NCBI GenBank assembly: GCA_030264375.1
Contig: JASCQW010000043.1
Coordinates: 77,879,051 to 77,943,050 of the forward strand
Direction of reading: 5' to 3'
From: Carcharhinus longimanus
Lineage: Eukaryota
Length of the DNA stretch: 64,000 nucleotides
The position numbers and the translations under genes are program-made. The notes beneath the pieces are model-generated. The model searched no databases. It worked only from the letters and a program-made list of their open reading frames with translations, and had not been told where the DNA came from. Below, piece after piece: positions 49,714 to 62,362 of the stretch (position 1 is the stretch's first letter; every line of letters starts with the position of its first letter).

Positions 49714-50021
49714 AAAGTTGAAGTTTATTTATTAGTCACAAGTAGGCTTACATTAAAACTGCAATGAAGTTACAGTGAAAATCCCCTAGTCGCCATACTC
49801 CGGCTCGTGTTCAGGTACGCTGAGGGAGAGTTTAACATGGCCAGTGCACCTAACCAGCACTTCTTTTGGATTGTTGGAGGAAACTGGAGCCCCCGGAGGA
49901 AATCCATGTAGACACAAAGAGAACGTGCAAACTCCACACAGATGGTGACTCAAGCTGGGAATCAAATGAAGGTCCCTGGTGCTGTAAAGCAGCAATGCTA
50001 ACCACTGTGCCACCGTGCCGC
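49714..50021 (-). mobile_element. HE1-type V-SINE, B tail
   Basis: Full-length copy from head gcggcacggtggcacagtggttagc to the B tail. Confidence 0.92.
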
Positions 50022-50100
50022 TCAAATGGACCTTTCCATTATCTGAATATTCCAATGAAATTCACAATCCATAGCAGGAGCAAATGGATCATGGAATCCC

Positions 50101-50345
50101 AGTAAAAAGTCTCACAACACCAGGTTAAAGTTCAACAGGTTTATTTGGTAGCAAAAGCCACTAGCTTTCAGAGCACTTGCTNNNNNNNNNNNNNNNNNNN
50201 NNNNNNNNNNNNNNNNNNNNNNNNNNNNNCCTTTATATGCCTTTATATGTGTCTTTATACACCAAATAAACCTGTTGGTTTTTAACCTGGTGTTGTGAGA
50301 CTTCTCACTGTGTTTACCCCATCCAACACCAGCATCTCCACATCA
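50101..50345. mobile_element. Penelope insertion made of inverted pseudo-LTR pieces, 13-bp TSD
   Basis: Reverse pLTR (aagtctcacaacaccaggttaaag..gccactagctttc), gap, forward pLTR end; atcatggaatccc at 50088-50100 and 50342-50354. Confidence 0.85.
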
Positions 50346-50643
50346 TGGAATCCCTACAGTGCAGAAAGAGGCCATTCAGTCCATTGAGCCTGCAACAGCA
50401 ATAATCCCACTCAGGCCCTATCCCGGTAAGCCCACATATTTACTCTGCTGGGCCCTGACATTAAGGGGCAATTTAGCATGGCCAATCCACCTAATCTGAA
50501 CATCTTTGGACAGTGGGAGGAAACCATAGCACTTGGAAGACATGGGGAGATCATGCAAACTCTATATAGGCAGTCACACGAGGCCAGAGTTGAACCAAGG
50601 TCCCTGAAGCTGTGAAGCAGCACCACTCTGTCACCGTGCCACC
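50342..50643 (-). mobile_element. HE1-type V-SINE, CR1-like tail
   Basis: Head, V-domain and tail as in 20219-20530. Confidence 0.9.
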
Positions 50644-50849
50644 TACATTAAATCATCAAATGCTGATATTCTATCACAAATATTAAGTAATAATCCTCTT
50701 TGAGTATAGCCTTTACTATTGTGTACACATATAGTTAATGCCAAGTGCATAAAATGTTTTATACAGCTAAGCCAAACAGAACAGAAGCTTCTCAAGTTTG
50801 ATCATGACCTTATACTGGGTCAACTGCAATTGCTGTCAGGGTCAGAGGT

Positions 50850-51955
50850 AGAAAACGTGGCCAGCAGTCCTGCAACCGATCATTACCGAATGCCCCTGCT
50901 GGTAAGGTATAAATATCAGCCAAGAACATGATCAAGCTCTACTGTAGTTTCTCACCAGGTTATATATAGCTTCCTGACACTCACTTATCGCATGAAGGTG
51001 TGATGACAGTATCGGATGTCCATAGAACCATAGTTTAGCATCAACTCGCTCTTTCAGGACGGGAAGGGCGTAAGTGGGTTCATCAGAAATAAAATAATAG
51101 CTGATAACTGAGAAAGATTGCATTGTAATATTCTAATCAGGGGATCAGTTGATCCAAAAAATCACAACATCATTGTCTATCATCCGAGACCAGAGATTAT
51201 ATTATTTTGTAGGTTTTATGGATGTATTGCATGTCAATAACATATGTTAGGAATTTGTGAGATCAGCAAGATTTTCCATTCATGATTATCCATGAATTTT
51301 AAAGAAAGCCTACAGACGTCCATGCTGTCAGTTCACAGTGGGAATCCAGCTCTCATAGTGGCATATCGATGCTTGCAGAAAAACCCACTAAAGAACTGTC
51401 TGTGTTCATGAACAGGAGAGTGGGAAGAAAGGAAGCTTGGAGCATACTATGCAGGCACAAGAAAAAAATAACTACAGGAATTATAATGGCTTTAGTGGGA
51501 CAGATAGAAATGGAACCATGAGTGGAAATTGCCATGGAAATTGACCGCAGAATAGAGCCTCTGACAGAAGATGGTGTGATTAATTGTGTCAAATGCGGAG
51601 AAATTTACTGTGGTGAAGCGGGATAGTGCCATTTCTACACAGAATCTATTTCATAATTTTGATAACCGTGTGCTTAGCAATAACCAGTTAGGGTTTAGTA
51701 TTCAATATGAGCCGCATGAACCAACCAACAATTGTGGACAAAGACTGAACAAATAGAGGACAAACACAATCTCTATTTACTGATATAGGTGTGTGTGCAT
51801 GGTCACACGCCCGACATGTTCTGACGAAGGGCAGTGGACCTGAAAACAGCTGTTCGAACTTTGTCTCTTTTACAGATGATCCCTGAGCTGCCGATTGTTT
51901 CCAGCATTTTGGGGTTTTTTGTAAGATCTCCAGCACATGCAGTATGTCTTTTTGT
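50850..51955 (+). mobile_element. Ancient decayed Penelope-like element with pLTR
   Basis: GIY-YIG-like GVINCVKCGEIYCGE at ~51570-51620; pLTR with CTGACGA..GAAA at 51821-51845 and typical tttccagcatttt..ctccagca..tgcagta end. Upstream RT-motif traces are weak. Confidence 0.5.
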
Positions 51956-52304
51956 GTCTGTTTGCTATTGGTATGTATGTGATAGAAGTTTGAGACACAT
52001 TTGGCTTGAAAAATGTCATTAGCCTCCGATGTTTGTACAGACTCAGAAGGCTGCCAGATAGTGGCAAACGAAAACGGGATGGAAATGATTTCCTTTTGAC
52101 TGCTAGTGACCCCCGGTGGCAGAAGCTAGACTTGCTTCATCAGATGGTGGTCTTTTATCAGTCTCAAGTGATATTAGAAAGCAAACAACAGCCTGGTTAA
52201 ATGTCTTCAAAATTGCTAATTGTATAGGAACCAGACTAATTTAAAACTAAAAGGCATTATTAAAGATGTTTAATATAGGTCTTTTGCTACTTTGCTAATA
52301 TATT

Positions 52305-52627
52305 TTAGCGTGGATAGAGGATTGGTTGTCAAATAGGAGACAGAGAGTGGGGGTTAATGGGTGCTATTCAGATTGGCGGTTGGTGACTAGTGGAGTGCCC
52401 CAGGNNNNNNNNNNNNNNNNNNNNNNNNNNNNNNNNNNNNNNNNNNNNNNNNNNNNNNNNNNNNNNNNNNNNNNNNNNNNNNNNNNNNNNNNNNNNNNNN
52501 NNNNGGAGAGGGCGGGAATGTGGAACTGAGCCACGACAGATCAGCCATGATCTTATTGAATGGTGGGGCAGGCTCGAAGGGGTGGATGGCCTATTCCTGC
52601 TCCTATTTCTTATGTTCTTATGTTCTT
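52305..52627 (+). mobile_element. CR1 LINE (RT start and 3' tail, body collapsed in gap)
   Basis: WIEDWLSNRRQRVGVNG.YSDW..VTSGVPQ before the gap; CR1 tail after it. Confidence 0.85.
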
Positions 52628-54101
52628 ATTATTATTGGAAAATGTCAGGAAAACACTCCTCTCTTTGTCTCTTAGGTCTCCTATTATGCTAATTAATATC
52701 TGACAGAAGAAATTTAAGAAAGTACAAATCTCACATAAAAATAGGGCATTAACTATAGCTTCAGTCATTCACATCAACTGTAAGGTCTTCCATTCTGTCA
52801 TACAGATGGTGCTTATAAAATGGGCTTCCTGTTTACCAGAATATGCAGTGTTAATATGTGACTGCTTCATCCTGAACTAGTCATGTGTGACATTATTGTC
52901 TCTGAAGAGGAGCAGAATGAAGATAGCTGCACTGGAAGGATAAGTTAGGTATGTCCTCAAGTAAGAGTTTGAAACATAACCCTCTAAATGTGAAATAAGG
53001 TATTACCAACTGAGCTAAATTTCCCTTATCCTTTTCTGACTATTAGCACTCGCTGCTGAAAGACTTCCTTGGTTCCAAGGCTCAAATCTTGTCTGGGGAT
53101 GGCTTAGAGGTAACTTACTGTGATGCACTCACATAAACTGCAAATATGACTTTCCCCGTTCTTTCCAGTACAGGGTGCAATTATATTGCCATCATTGCTT
53201 GGTGTGAGGTGCTACTGCAGCCCGGAGGAGGGCGGTGCACAAGATGAAAAACACCATGGCTCATGTCCATGATGGCCACAAGTGGGCAAGTCACTGTGGC
53301 CCATGTTGCAGTGGCTGCCTGAGATCTGTAGCACAGTCCTATCTAGATGGATACAGATGCATGGCACCAGTGGGGGAAAGAGATCTTGTACTCCCCCATT
53401 CCAGGCACTGTACTGATCCAATTCAGTGATACAGGATGGTAAATGTGTTCAGCAGCACAGTGCTGTCCATAAAATACAACTGAGCATGGAGCCGGAGGCA
53501 GGAACCGGTCTGCCCCACGGAATGGCCTGCAGTGCATCAGGAGCAGCGCTGCGCTATGGCACAAAGTTACTGCACTCCCCCTTCTGGTGTCTGGTCTCTG
53601 GCGAACTGAGGACAGTCTTATGCATGCCACTCTTTAGACTGACGCCAGTATAAAACTCCCTCTGACATACTGCAAGATTGGAAGGGCTGACGAGATGATG
53701 GTGGGCAGCTGTTTTAATAAGCATTAATTGATGCAAATTAATGCAAACGGAATTGGTGTCACCAGCCAGTGGAAAAGCGAGCTGCCATTAACCCGCCATT
53801 GGGAGAAGCACGATGTGATTTTACATTGGTGGGTTTCTGACTTCTTGGCCCCTGACAAATTCACTGCTCCCATTGCCAGCATACCTGTCACAGGCTGGTC
53901 AAGAGAATTGCAACCTCAGATGTAATGAACCACTGACAGCCAAACTGCATAAAAAGGCGCACATGTCGATTTCATTGATGAAAAAACCGGATACAAAACT
54001 CAGAGATTACACTCTAAAATTAAGGACAGAGGCATTCTACCACAAAACCCAAAATGTAGCACTGAGGTTAGGGGAATGCAATTCATTTGATACAATATCC
54101 T

Positions 54102-55267
54102 GAAATCATCCTGGTACCTAAGAAAACCAAGCAGTGTGCCTTAATGACTATTGGCCGGGGCTCTGACATCCATCATTATGAAGTGCTTCCAAAGGTTAGC
54201 TATGGCACAAATCAATTCCAGCCTTCCAGACTACTTGGATCCACTATAGTTTGCCTATCACTGCAACAGATCCACAGAAAAGACCATTTCCCTGGTGTTA
54301 CACTCAATCCTGGAACACCTAGATAACAAGGACACCAATGTCAGACTTTATTTATTGACTTCAACACTATTATTCCTACGAAACTCATCTCCAAACTCCA
54401 TGGCCTAGGCCTCGGCACCTCCATCTGCGACTGGATCCTGAACTTCATAACTCACAGACCACAATCAGTAAGTATAGGCAACAACATTTCCGCCACGATC
54501 ATCCTCAACACCTGTGCCCCACAAGGCTGGATACTGAGCCCTCTTCTATACCCTTTATACACCTATGACTGTGCGGCCAAATTCCCCTCCAATTCAGTTT
54601 TCAAGTTTGCTGATGACACTACCATAGTGGGTCAGATCTCAAACAATGATGAGACCAAGTACAGGGATGAGATAGAAAATCTGGTGAACTGGTGTGCCAA
54701 CAATAATCTCATCCTCAATGTCAACAAAATGAAGGAGATTGTCATCGACTTCAGGAAGCATAAATAAGAACATGCCCCTGTCTACATCAACGACAATGAA
54801 GTGAAAATGGTCAACAGCTTCAAATGTCTAGGTGTCCAGATCACCAACGACCTGTCCTGGTCCCCCCACGCTGATGCTATAGTTAAGAAAACCCACCAAC
54901 ACTTCTATTTACTAGAAGACAAAGGAAATTTGGCATATCTGCTAGGACTCTCACCAACTTTTACACTTGCAATCTTTCTAGTTGTACCACAGCTTGGTAT
55001 GACTCCTGCTCTGTTCAAGACCACAATAGACTACAAAGAGCTGCGAACAAAGCCCAGTCTGTCTCGAAAACCAGCCTCCCATTCATTGACTCTGTCTACA
55101 CTTCCCGCTGCCTCGGAAAAGCAGCCAGCACTAATCAAGGGCCCCACACAGCCTGGACATTCTCTCTTCCACCTTTCTCTGTCGGGAAAAAGATATAAAC
55201 ATCTGTGGTCACCTACCAACTGACTCAAGAACACCTTCTTCCCTTCTGCCATGAGACTTTTGAATTG
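54102..55267 (+). mobile_element. Rex1/Babar LINE, RT region, degenerate
   Basis: VPKK..CALNDY.P.ALTSI.MKCF; [20 protein letters not shown]; APQG.ILSPLLYTLYTYDC; [23 protein letters not shown]. Confidence 0.92.
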
Positions 55268-55367
55268 NNNNNNNNNNNNNNNNNNNNNNNNNNNNNNNNN
55301 NNNNNNNNNNNNNNNNNNNNNNNNNNNNNNNNNNNNNNNNNNNNNNNNNNNNNNNNNNNNNNNNNNN

Positions 55368-55938
55368 CTCACCAACGCCTCTACTTTCTCAGAAGACTAA
55401 GGAAATTTGGTATGTCAGCTACGAGTCTCACCAACTTTTACAGATGCACCATAAAAAGCATTCTTTCTGGTTGTATCACAGCTTGGTATCACTCCTGCTC
55501 TGCCCAAGGCCACAAGGATCTACAAAAGGTCGTGAATGTAGCTCAATCCATCACTCAAACCAGCCTCCATCCATTGACTCCGTCTACACTTCCCACTGTC
55601 TTGGCAAAGCAGCCAACATAATTAAGGACCCCACGCACCCTGGACATCCTCTCTTCCACCTTCTTTCTTCGGGGAAAAGATGCAAAAGTCTGAGGTCATG
55701 TACAACTGACTCAAGATCAGCTTCTTCCCTGCTGGTGTCAGACTTCTGAATGGACTTACCTTGCATTAAGATGATCTTTCTCTATCCTCGCTATAACTGT
55801 AACACTACATTCTGCACTTTCATTCTGCACTTTCCTTCTCTATAAACAGTATGTTTTGTCTGTAGAGCATGCAAGAAACAATACTTTTCACTGTATGTTA
55901 ATACATGTGACAACAATAAATCTAATCAAATCAAAAAA
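55368..55938 (+). mobile_element. Second Rex1/Babar LINE 3' end
   Basis: HQRLYFLRRLRKFGMS..LTNFYRCTI.SILSGCITAWY; terminus aataaatctaatcaaatcaaaaaa. Confidence 0.92.
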
Positions 55939-56899
55939 TGATCACTTCAGAGTGCAAATCTGATGCTCTACTGATCAGTTTTTCAAATTTTAATCCAGGC
56001 TGTATTAAAATACATTGTGTTCTTCCTCACACAATCTTCTTAATCTGCTGGTAGCTTTCTTCAATCAGGCCAAGAGAGACAGAACACAAGCATTTTAAAG
56101 CATGCTGCAAATCAAATACAAACTACAAATTAAATGTGTAATTGCATACCGAGGAAAAGAAAATAACTGAAGTTCCTCTCACTTGTAAAACTGATTTTTG
56201 TCACTGATACAAGACTCTAANNNNNNNNNNNNNNNNNNNNNNNNNNNNNNNNNNNNNNNNNNNNNNNNNNNNNNNNNNNNNNNNNNNNNNNNNNNNNNNN
56301 NNNNNNNNNNNNNNNNNNNNNNNNNNNNNNNNNNNNNNNNNNNNNNNNNNNNNCTTTGTTGATGTAACTGAATCTGAAGGTGTTGCTGCATTTAAGTTAC
56401 CTGTTAAGACACTTATCCTACTTTTGTGTCCAAAAATGTTCAGTAAAAGTTTTAAATAGAAATAACCTTGCACTTAAAGAGTGGCTTTCACAGCTTCTTA
56501 AAAGTGCTTTCCAGCTCTGAAGTGTTTGTAGTCAATGTTGTTATGTAAAGGATTCTGACATCCAATTTGCAGTTAGCATGATTTACAAAGTGAGAGAGGG
56601 AAGGGGGTGTGGGGAATAGAGGACTTGCAAATAGGAGATGTGCCAGGGCCCATGATTTCTCTCCCTGGCCCTGGTGATATATTAATGCTGCAGTTGTTGT
56701 GTGAATGCAGCATGAATCGAATGTCAACTTCCAGCCTGACAACAGACCAAGGCTGACAAGCTGTAACAAGTGAGTGCCACAGGAATCAGTGCTGGGCCCT
56801 CAATTATTTACAATTTGCAGTAACAATTTGGATGAGGACACCATATGTGGTCACTAAATTTGCCAATGATATCAAGGTACTTAGGAAGTTGAGTAAAAT

Positions 56900-57340
56900 T
56901 AAGCAAAAATACTGTGGATGCTTGGAATCTGAAATAAAAACAGAAAATGCTGGATAAACTCAGTAGATCTGGTAGCATCTGTGAAGAGAAAAATAGAACT
57001 AACAGTTCGGGTCCGTATGACCTTTCTATAGAACTGAAAAGTGATAGAAATGTAATGAATAATGTAATTGGAGAAGGATGGTGACAGAATGGAAGGTCAG
57101 GGATGGGTTGGAGCCAGAGAGATTGACAAAGATGTCATGGGCATAAGACAAAGGAAGTGTTAATGGTGGCATAAAGATCTGAAGAAATGCTAATAGTGGC
57201 ATTAAAGTAAAATATCAGAATCTGTTAATAGGAGAACAAAGGTCAGTGCTCGGTGGGAGCAAAAGTGAAAAACGGGGGACAGACGACAATGTGGGTGAGT
57301 GTGGGGTTGAATTGGGGCAAGCCAAAGGAACCCAAAACAA
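56900..57340 (-). mobile_element. Old Penelope-like pLTR / 3' region
   Basis: Reverse strand has a decayed ribozyme-like core (gttctatagaaaggtcatacggacccgaact) and the tccagcattttctgtttttatttcagattcc..catccacagtattt end. Confidence 0.6.
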
Positions 57341-57374
57341 AAAACAACAAAAGGAGGGTGGTCAATATAGGGCG

Positions 57375-57948
57375 TTGAGTTTAAAAATTGGCAAGTCATG
57401 TTGTAGCTTTATAGAACCTTAGTTCTGGTCGCGACACTATCAGAAGGATGTGAAGGCTTTGGAGAGGGTACAAAAAAGATTTACCAGGATGTTGCCTGGC
57501 ATGGAAGACATTGGCTATGAGGAGAGTTTGGAGAAGTTTGGTTTGTTTTCATTGAACAACAAAGGTTGAGGGGTCACCTGAGAGACGTCTCCAAGATTAT
57601 GAGGGGCATGGACAGAGTGGATAGTTGGAAGCTTTTTCCCAGGGTGGGAGAATCAATTGCTAAGGGGCTTAGATTTAAGGTACAAGGGGCAAGGTTTAAA
57701 GGGGCTGTACAAAGCAAGTTTTTACACAAAGGGTGTTGGGTGCCTGGAGCTCACAGCCAGGGGAGGTAATGGAAGCAGATACAAAAGTGACTTTTAAGGG
57801 GTATCTTAACAAATACATAAATAGGATGGGAATAGAGGGATATGGCCTCAGAAGAGTCGAGGGTTTTAGTTCAGTCGGGCAGCATAGATGGTGCAGGCTT
57901 GGAGGGCCGAAGGGCCTGTTCTTGTGCTGCAATTTTCTTTGTTCTTTG
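57375..57948 (+). mobile_element. CR1 LINE 3' fragment
   Basis: KDVKALERVQKRFTRMLPGM...; tail ggagggccgaagggcctgttcttgtgctg. Confidence 0.88.
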
Positions 57949-58085
57949 TATTAGTATACAGTGAAAAGCTTTGTATATATTGCACATTATACAGGCAAAG
58001 CATACTATACATAGAGAAAGAAAGGAGAGGGTGCAGAATGTAGTGTTACAGTCATAACTAGCATGTAGAGAAAGATTAACTTAAT
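57949..58085 (-). mobile_element. Rex1 3'UTR fragment
   Basis: tatacagtgaaaag...gggtgcagaatgtagtgttacagtcata matches 25345-25480. Confidence 0.75.
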
Positions 58086-58094
58086 TGGAAAGTT

Positions 58095-58515
58095 TGTGAA
58101 GAAAGTTTGAGCAGATTGATCCTATACCCAAAGGAGTTTAGAAGGATGAAAGGTGATCTTATTGCAATCCTGAAGGCACTTGATAGATAGATACCCGAAT
58201 GATGTTTCCACTTATGGGAGGCATTGGAACCAGAGGCACAGTTTAAAAATAAAATGTTTACTGTTTAAGATAGATATAAAGAGATTTTTTTCTCTCTAAG
58301 GGTCTGTAGTATGTGGAATTTTCTTTCCCAGAAAGCAGTGGAAGCTGGATCATTGAATTTGCTCAAAGTAGATTTAGGCAGATTTTGTAAGACAAGGGAG
58401 TCAAGAGTTACGGGGGTCAATGGCAAAGTGAAATTGAGACAATAATCTGTTCAGCCATGATCTTATTGAATAGTGAAGGGGTCCGGAAGTGTTGAATGGC
58501 CTACTCCTCTTCCTA
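58095..58515 (+). mobile_element. Old CR1 LINE 3' fragment
   Basis: ggagtttagaaggatgaaaggtgatctt...tcagccatgatcttattgaat...gaatggcctactcct. Confidence 0.75.
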
Positions 58516-59202
58516 AGCCCTATTTCCTAACAAAGTGAAGTGAGAATCGCTGCAGGAAGGAAGCAAGTACTGGCTTCACTTCATTTTGAAGTTGGCTTGG
58601 TTCTTTGTACCTGACCTGTCCTCTGTGTTTAGCCTTAGCTTGAAGTTTCTGCACTAATGTCATTCTTGCTGAGTGTGAGCGCATTGTTATTTTTTTCAGT
58701 TGTGGCAGTAACACCTGCTTTCTGAATTCTTTCATTTTCCATCTGCACTTAGTACAGTCTCATCCTTTCTGAAGCTGGCAGCTGCAAAGTTGGCAGCTGT
58801 TCTTTCGTTTTCTGTGTTCTTATGAGCTCTGTTATGATGAGTTGAATGTCATTTCTCTGACAATTGTTGAACCCTGTTATTTTGGATCATTTTGGGCATG
58901 AGGTTCCTATCAGCAGGAACATCTTTTTAATTCCTCATGAAGGAATTACACCCAGTGAATTGGTGAATTGGTACACTATAAATACATTCAATTGCTGGGT
59001 ATTACCTATAAAGTGGGGGGTGGGAGGCAGGGGGAGAGAAGTGGGGGGGGTGCAGGGGAAGGGTGGTTGGGGATTGCCCAGTCTCAGAAGAATGATTGTG
59101 GAATGAACAAATAACTGCCAACTGCAACTTAATTTAGAGAAGTGTGAAGGATTGGATTTTGGGAAGAAAACACAACGGCTGAAATCTTCCATCTTTATTT
59201 GC

Positions 59203-59318
59203 GACTGGGATTTTCCGGTGACGCTGAAATTAAATGGAGTTTTGGCTGGAACCAAATCAGCTTCCCCATTCCCACTGACAGCAGGTTCTGCTACAGACTA
59301 GGCTAGAGAATCCCACCC
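59203..59318. mobile_element. Short MITE-like element
   Basis: TIRs gactgggattttcc ... gagaatcccaccc. Confidence 0.5.
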
Positions 59319-60949
59319 AATGTGAGTATAATAAGTGTGCAGACTGCAGGATGTGGATGCTTAGAGACTTATGAAATGTAAATCCTTGACAGCTAACAAA
59401 GATATGCAGANNNNNNNNNNNNNNNNNNNNNNNNNNNNNNNNNNNNNNNNNNNNNNNNNNNNNNNNNNNNNNNNNNNNNNNNNNNNNNNNNNNNNNNNNN
59501 NNNNNNNNNNAAATCCTTGACAGCTAACAAAGATATGCAGAAGACCAACATAATTTTGCAATTTATAAATAGCAACAGGTGTACAATAGCAAATATGTAA
59601 CAATAATTTTTCACAAGACGATGGCTAAACCAAAGTGTGTACATCTTTGGGCACCTCATTATAGAAGAGACACAAAAGCTACAGAGAGTGTATAATATAA
59701 ATTCACTGAGATGTTACAAGGTTTGGTGAATTTAGTTATGAGGATGAAATTCAGATACAGGGAAAGCTTTGAGGAAACTTAATGGAGCTTTTAAAAATGA
59801 TGATAGGCTTTGATAGTTGAACGAAGAAGAACTATTTTTCTGTTTGGAGATCAGTAAGGAGATGTTATTGATTTAAAAGCGCCATTTTAGTAGTGAGAGT
59901 TGTTAAAAGAAAATTCTGTATGCAGAAAGTTGTTGAAATATCAATGATTTGTCGCCAGAGAATGGATGAGCATTCAAAATGGAGTGTCATCCAGGGCTAT
60001 GAGAAGAGAAAGCAGGGCAGTGAGATTCGATTTGGATTAATCGCAGATGAAAAGAGCCAAATGTTCATCCTCTGCACTGTGACCTATAAGGTTTTATGGT
60101 TCAAAGACAAGACTGAAAAGCAATAGATTCCATTTGCTTTCAACATTGGAGAGGCACATATTAGCGAGGGTTTTGAGAAGAGTGCAGTTGTTGAATCCAG
60201 CCTGCTCATCAAAGGGTGAAATTGCTCCCCATTTCATTTGAAAAGTAATAGTTACGGGGCTAAGAGTTGTTGGAAACAGAATGTTTTCAGACCGCACTGA
60301 AATGCTTCAATGCTATACAACCTTAACCATTAGTCGCTGCAAATGCACATATTATTAAAATCCAATGCAACATAAACAGTGTCACCTGATTGAAAATTTC
60401 AGATATTGTATGCGTAGCTCAGGGGAGGATGTTCCCTTTTAAATGAAGTGTTACGTGATCAAAAGGAACTGGACCCTTAAGCGATGACAAAAATGTTTGA
60501 TGAAACAGTGTCATTGTAATGTGGTACATAAATTGGCTGGGTATAATCATTTGCATCTGTTACAACCCAGAAGGATATTTATTTTGCTTTCAACTTCATC
60601 TTTATTGTGGTTGTGACAAACTGAGTTTTCCTCAGTGAATGAGTTCACTACATTGATGTAATTAATTGCCTAATAAAGTCTGATACACTAATTGAACTAT
60701 TAGGGGGCCCTGACAAAAATCAAATCAGCAGTTGTGAAGACAGACAACTATTGCTCTGATCTTGTTTTATGTCCCTTGCTGAAGTTGGCTCAATGTCATT
60801 AGGTCATTGGTAATGATAGGAATTGGTAATGATAGGCATTTGTTAAGCTAAAGCTAATCTGCACCCAGAAGGACCTCCTGAAAAAAGGACAGTATTCTGC
60901 AAACAATTAAGTTTTGGACAAGTCGCAAACTGGGCTTTCCTCTCTTTGT

Positions 60950-61580
60950 GTTTTCCCTCTGTCTCTGAAATGTTTTTACTTTCGAAGTGGCTGCACCATT
61001 TTTCATTTGGTTTTGCCAGATGCAGCAATCCTGAGCTTCACCCTGGACTTGAAGTCAATATCAAAATTCTTAAGTGAAGCCTTCAAAGTATCTTTGTAAT
61101 GCTTTCTTTGACCACCATAAAAACATACACAGACATAAGCTCTCCATCGACAATGTGCTCTGGTAATGTGACCAGACTATATGAATTGTGATTGTCACAA
61201 AATGGTGCAGATGTTTGACATGCCAGCTGGGAGGAGTGCCTCCCAGTGTCTGACATTTTGTCCTGTCACTTGGATTTCAGAAGTTGCCAAATGCAGCTCA
61301 AATGAAAGTAGTTGAGCTTCTTGGCATGAAGCTGGCTTTCAGTTCAAGTCTCACATGCATACAGCATAGTGGGCATAACTGTTACTTTATAGACTTTCAA
61401 TATGTTAGACAGACTTACTCCTCTTCATTTTCAAATTGTTTGAAACCTGCCAAAGACTACACTTGCTTTGACAATCCTTGCATCTGGTACATCATCAATA
61501 TAGACAGTTCAAGACTGTTACATTTGTATGTCCAGTAGGTCCCACGAAGAGGTACAATGTATAATATGGTTGAACATTAA
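60950..61580 (-). mobile_element. Decayed RTE-clade LINE fragment
   Basis: Minus strand GGQRKHYKDTLKASLKNFDID, with upstream remnants resembling RTE ORF. Confidence 0.65.
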
Positions 61581-62362
61581 GAGTATATTAATAACACATA
61601 ACTATGTACATATATACAGAGTACAGCCCAAGCTATGAGCTAACCCATCCTTCGTCTATGCACGTCTTTGCCCAGTCCACAACTGACTCTAGTCTCAGAT
61701 CATGTGTCTCTTTACATCACACCCTGGGTGGTATACTTTCCAGTACCATATTAACCCTTGCAATGCCAATTATCCTTATAATACACCTCCCCTCATGTCT
61801 TTATCCAACATTGCATTGTTTCTTAGATTAAAATATCTATCAGATGATTTTAGAACTTCATCAAATTTAGTTGAGAATCTGCTTGTTCCTTGCCTTGCAA
61901 TAATATAATCAGCTATTGGATCTACTGAATAAAATAGTGCATTCATTTTATCAGCTTCTGTCTTTTTAACTATTCCTGAAGCTGTCATGCAGTTTAAAAA
62001 TCTTTTCCACTTCTGTGTTTGATCTGGCTCTTGGATCAGTCCAAATTAGTCTGGTAATGTTCATTTGCTATCCATGGTCACTTTAAAGTTCAGGGGAGTG
62101 CAACTTTAAATGTGGGTTTTATTAATACATTAACGATGAAATCCCATTTAATATGTAAACTCTACCATTTGTTTTTGTGGCTGATGTGCCAGAGTTCTTT
62201 CTCTTTGGCATTTTTTTTTGCGTTAATTTACCAAAGGAGCTCAGATCACCACCGCCACTTGAACTGATTAATCCATTCTCCAGAAGAAATGGACCAAATT
62301 GTGTGGAGTTCAAACTCTAAAACACTGGCAGAAATATCACAGAAGTTTCCATTGTGAGAAAC

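Noticed and set aside
59380-59541. Exact 31-bp direct repeat flanking a 100-N gap
   Set aside because: Typical contig-overlap artefact; the gap is probably spurious.
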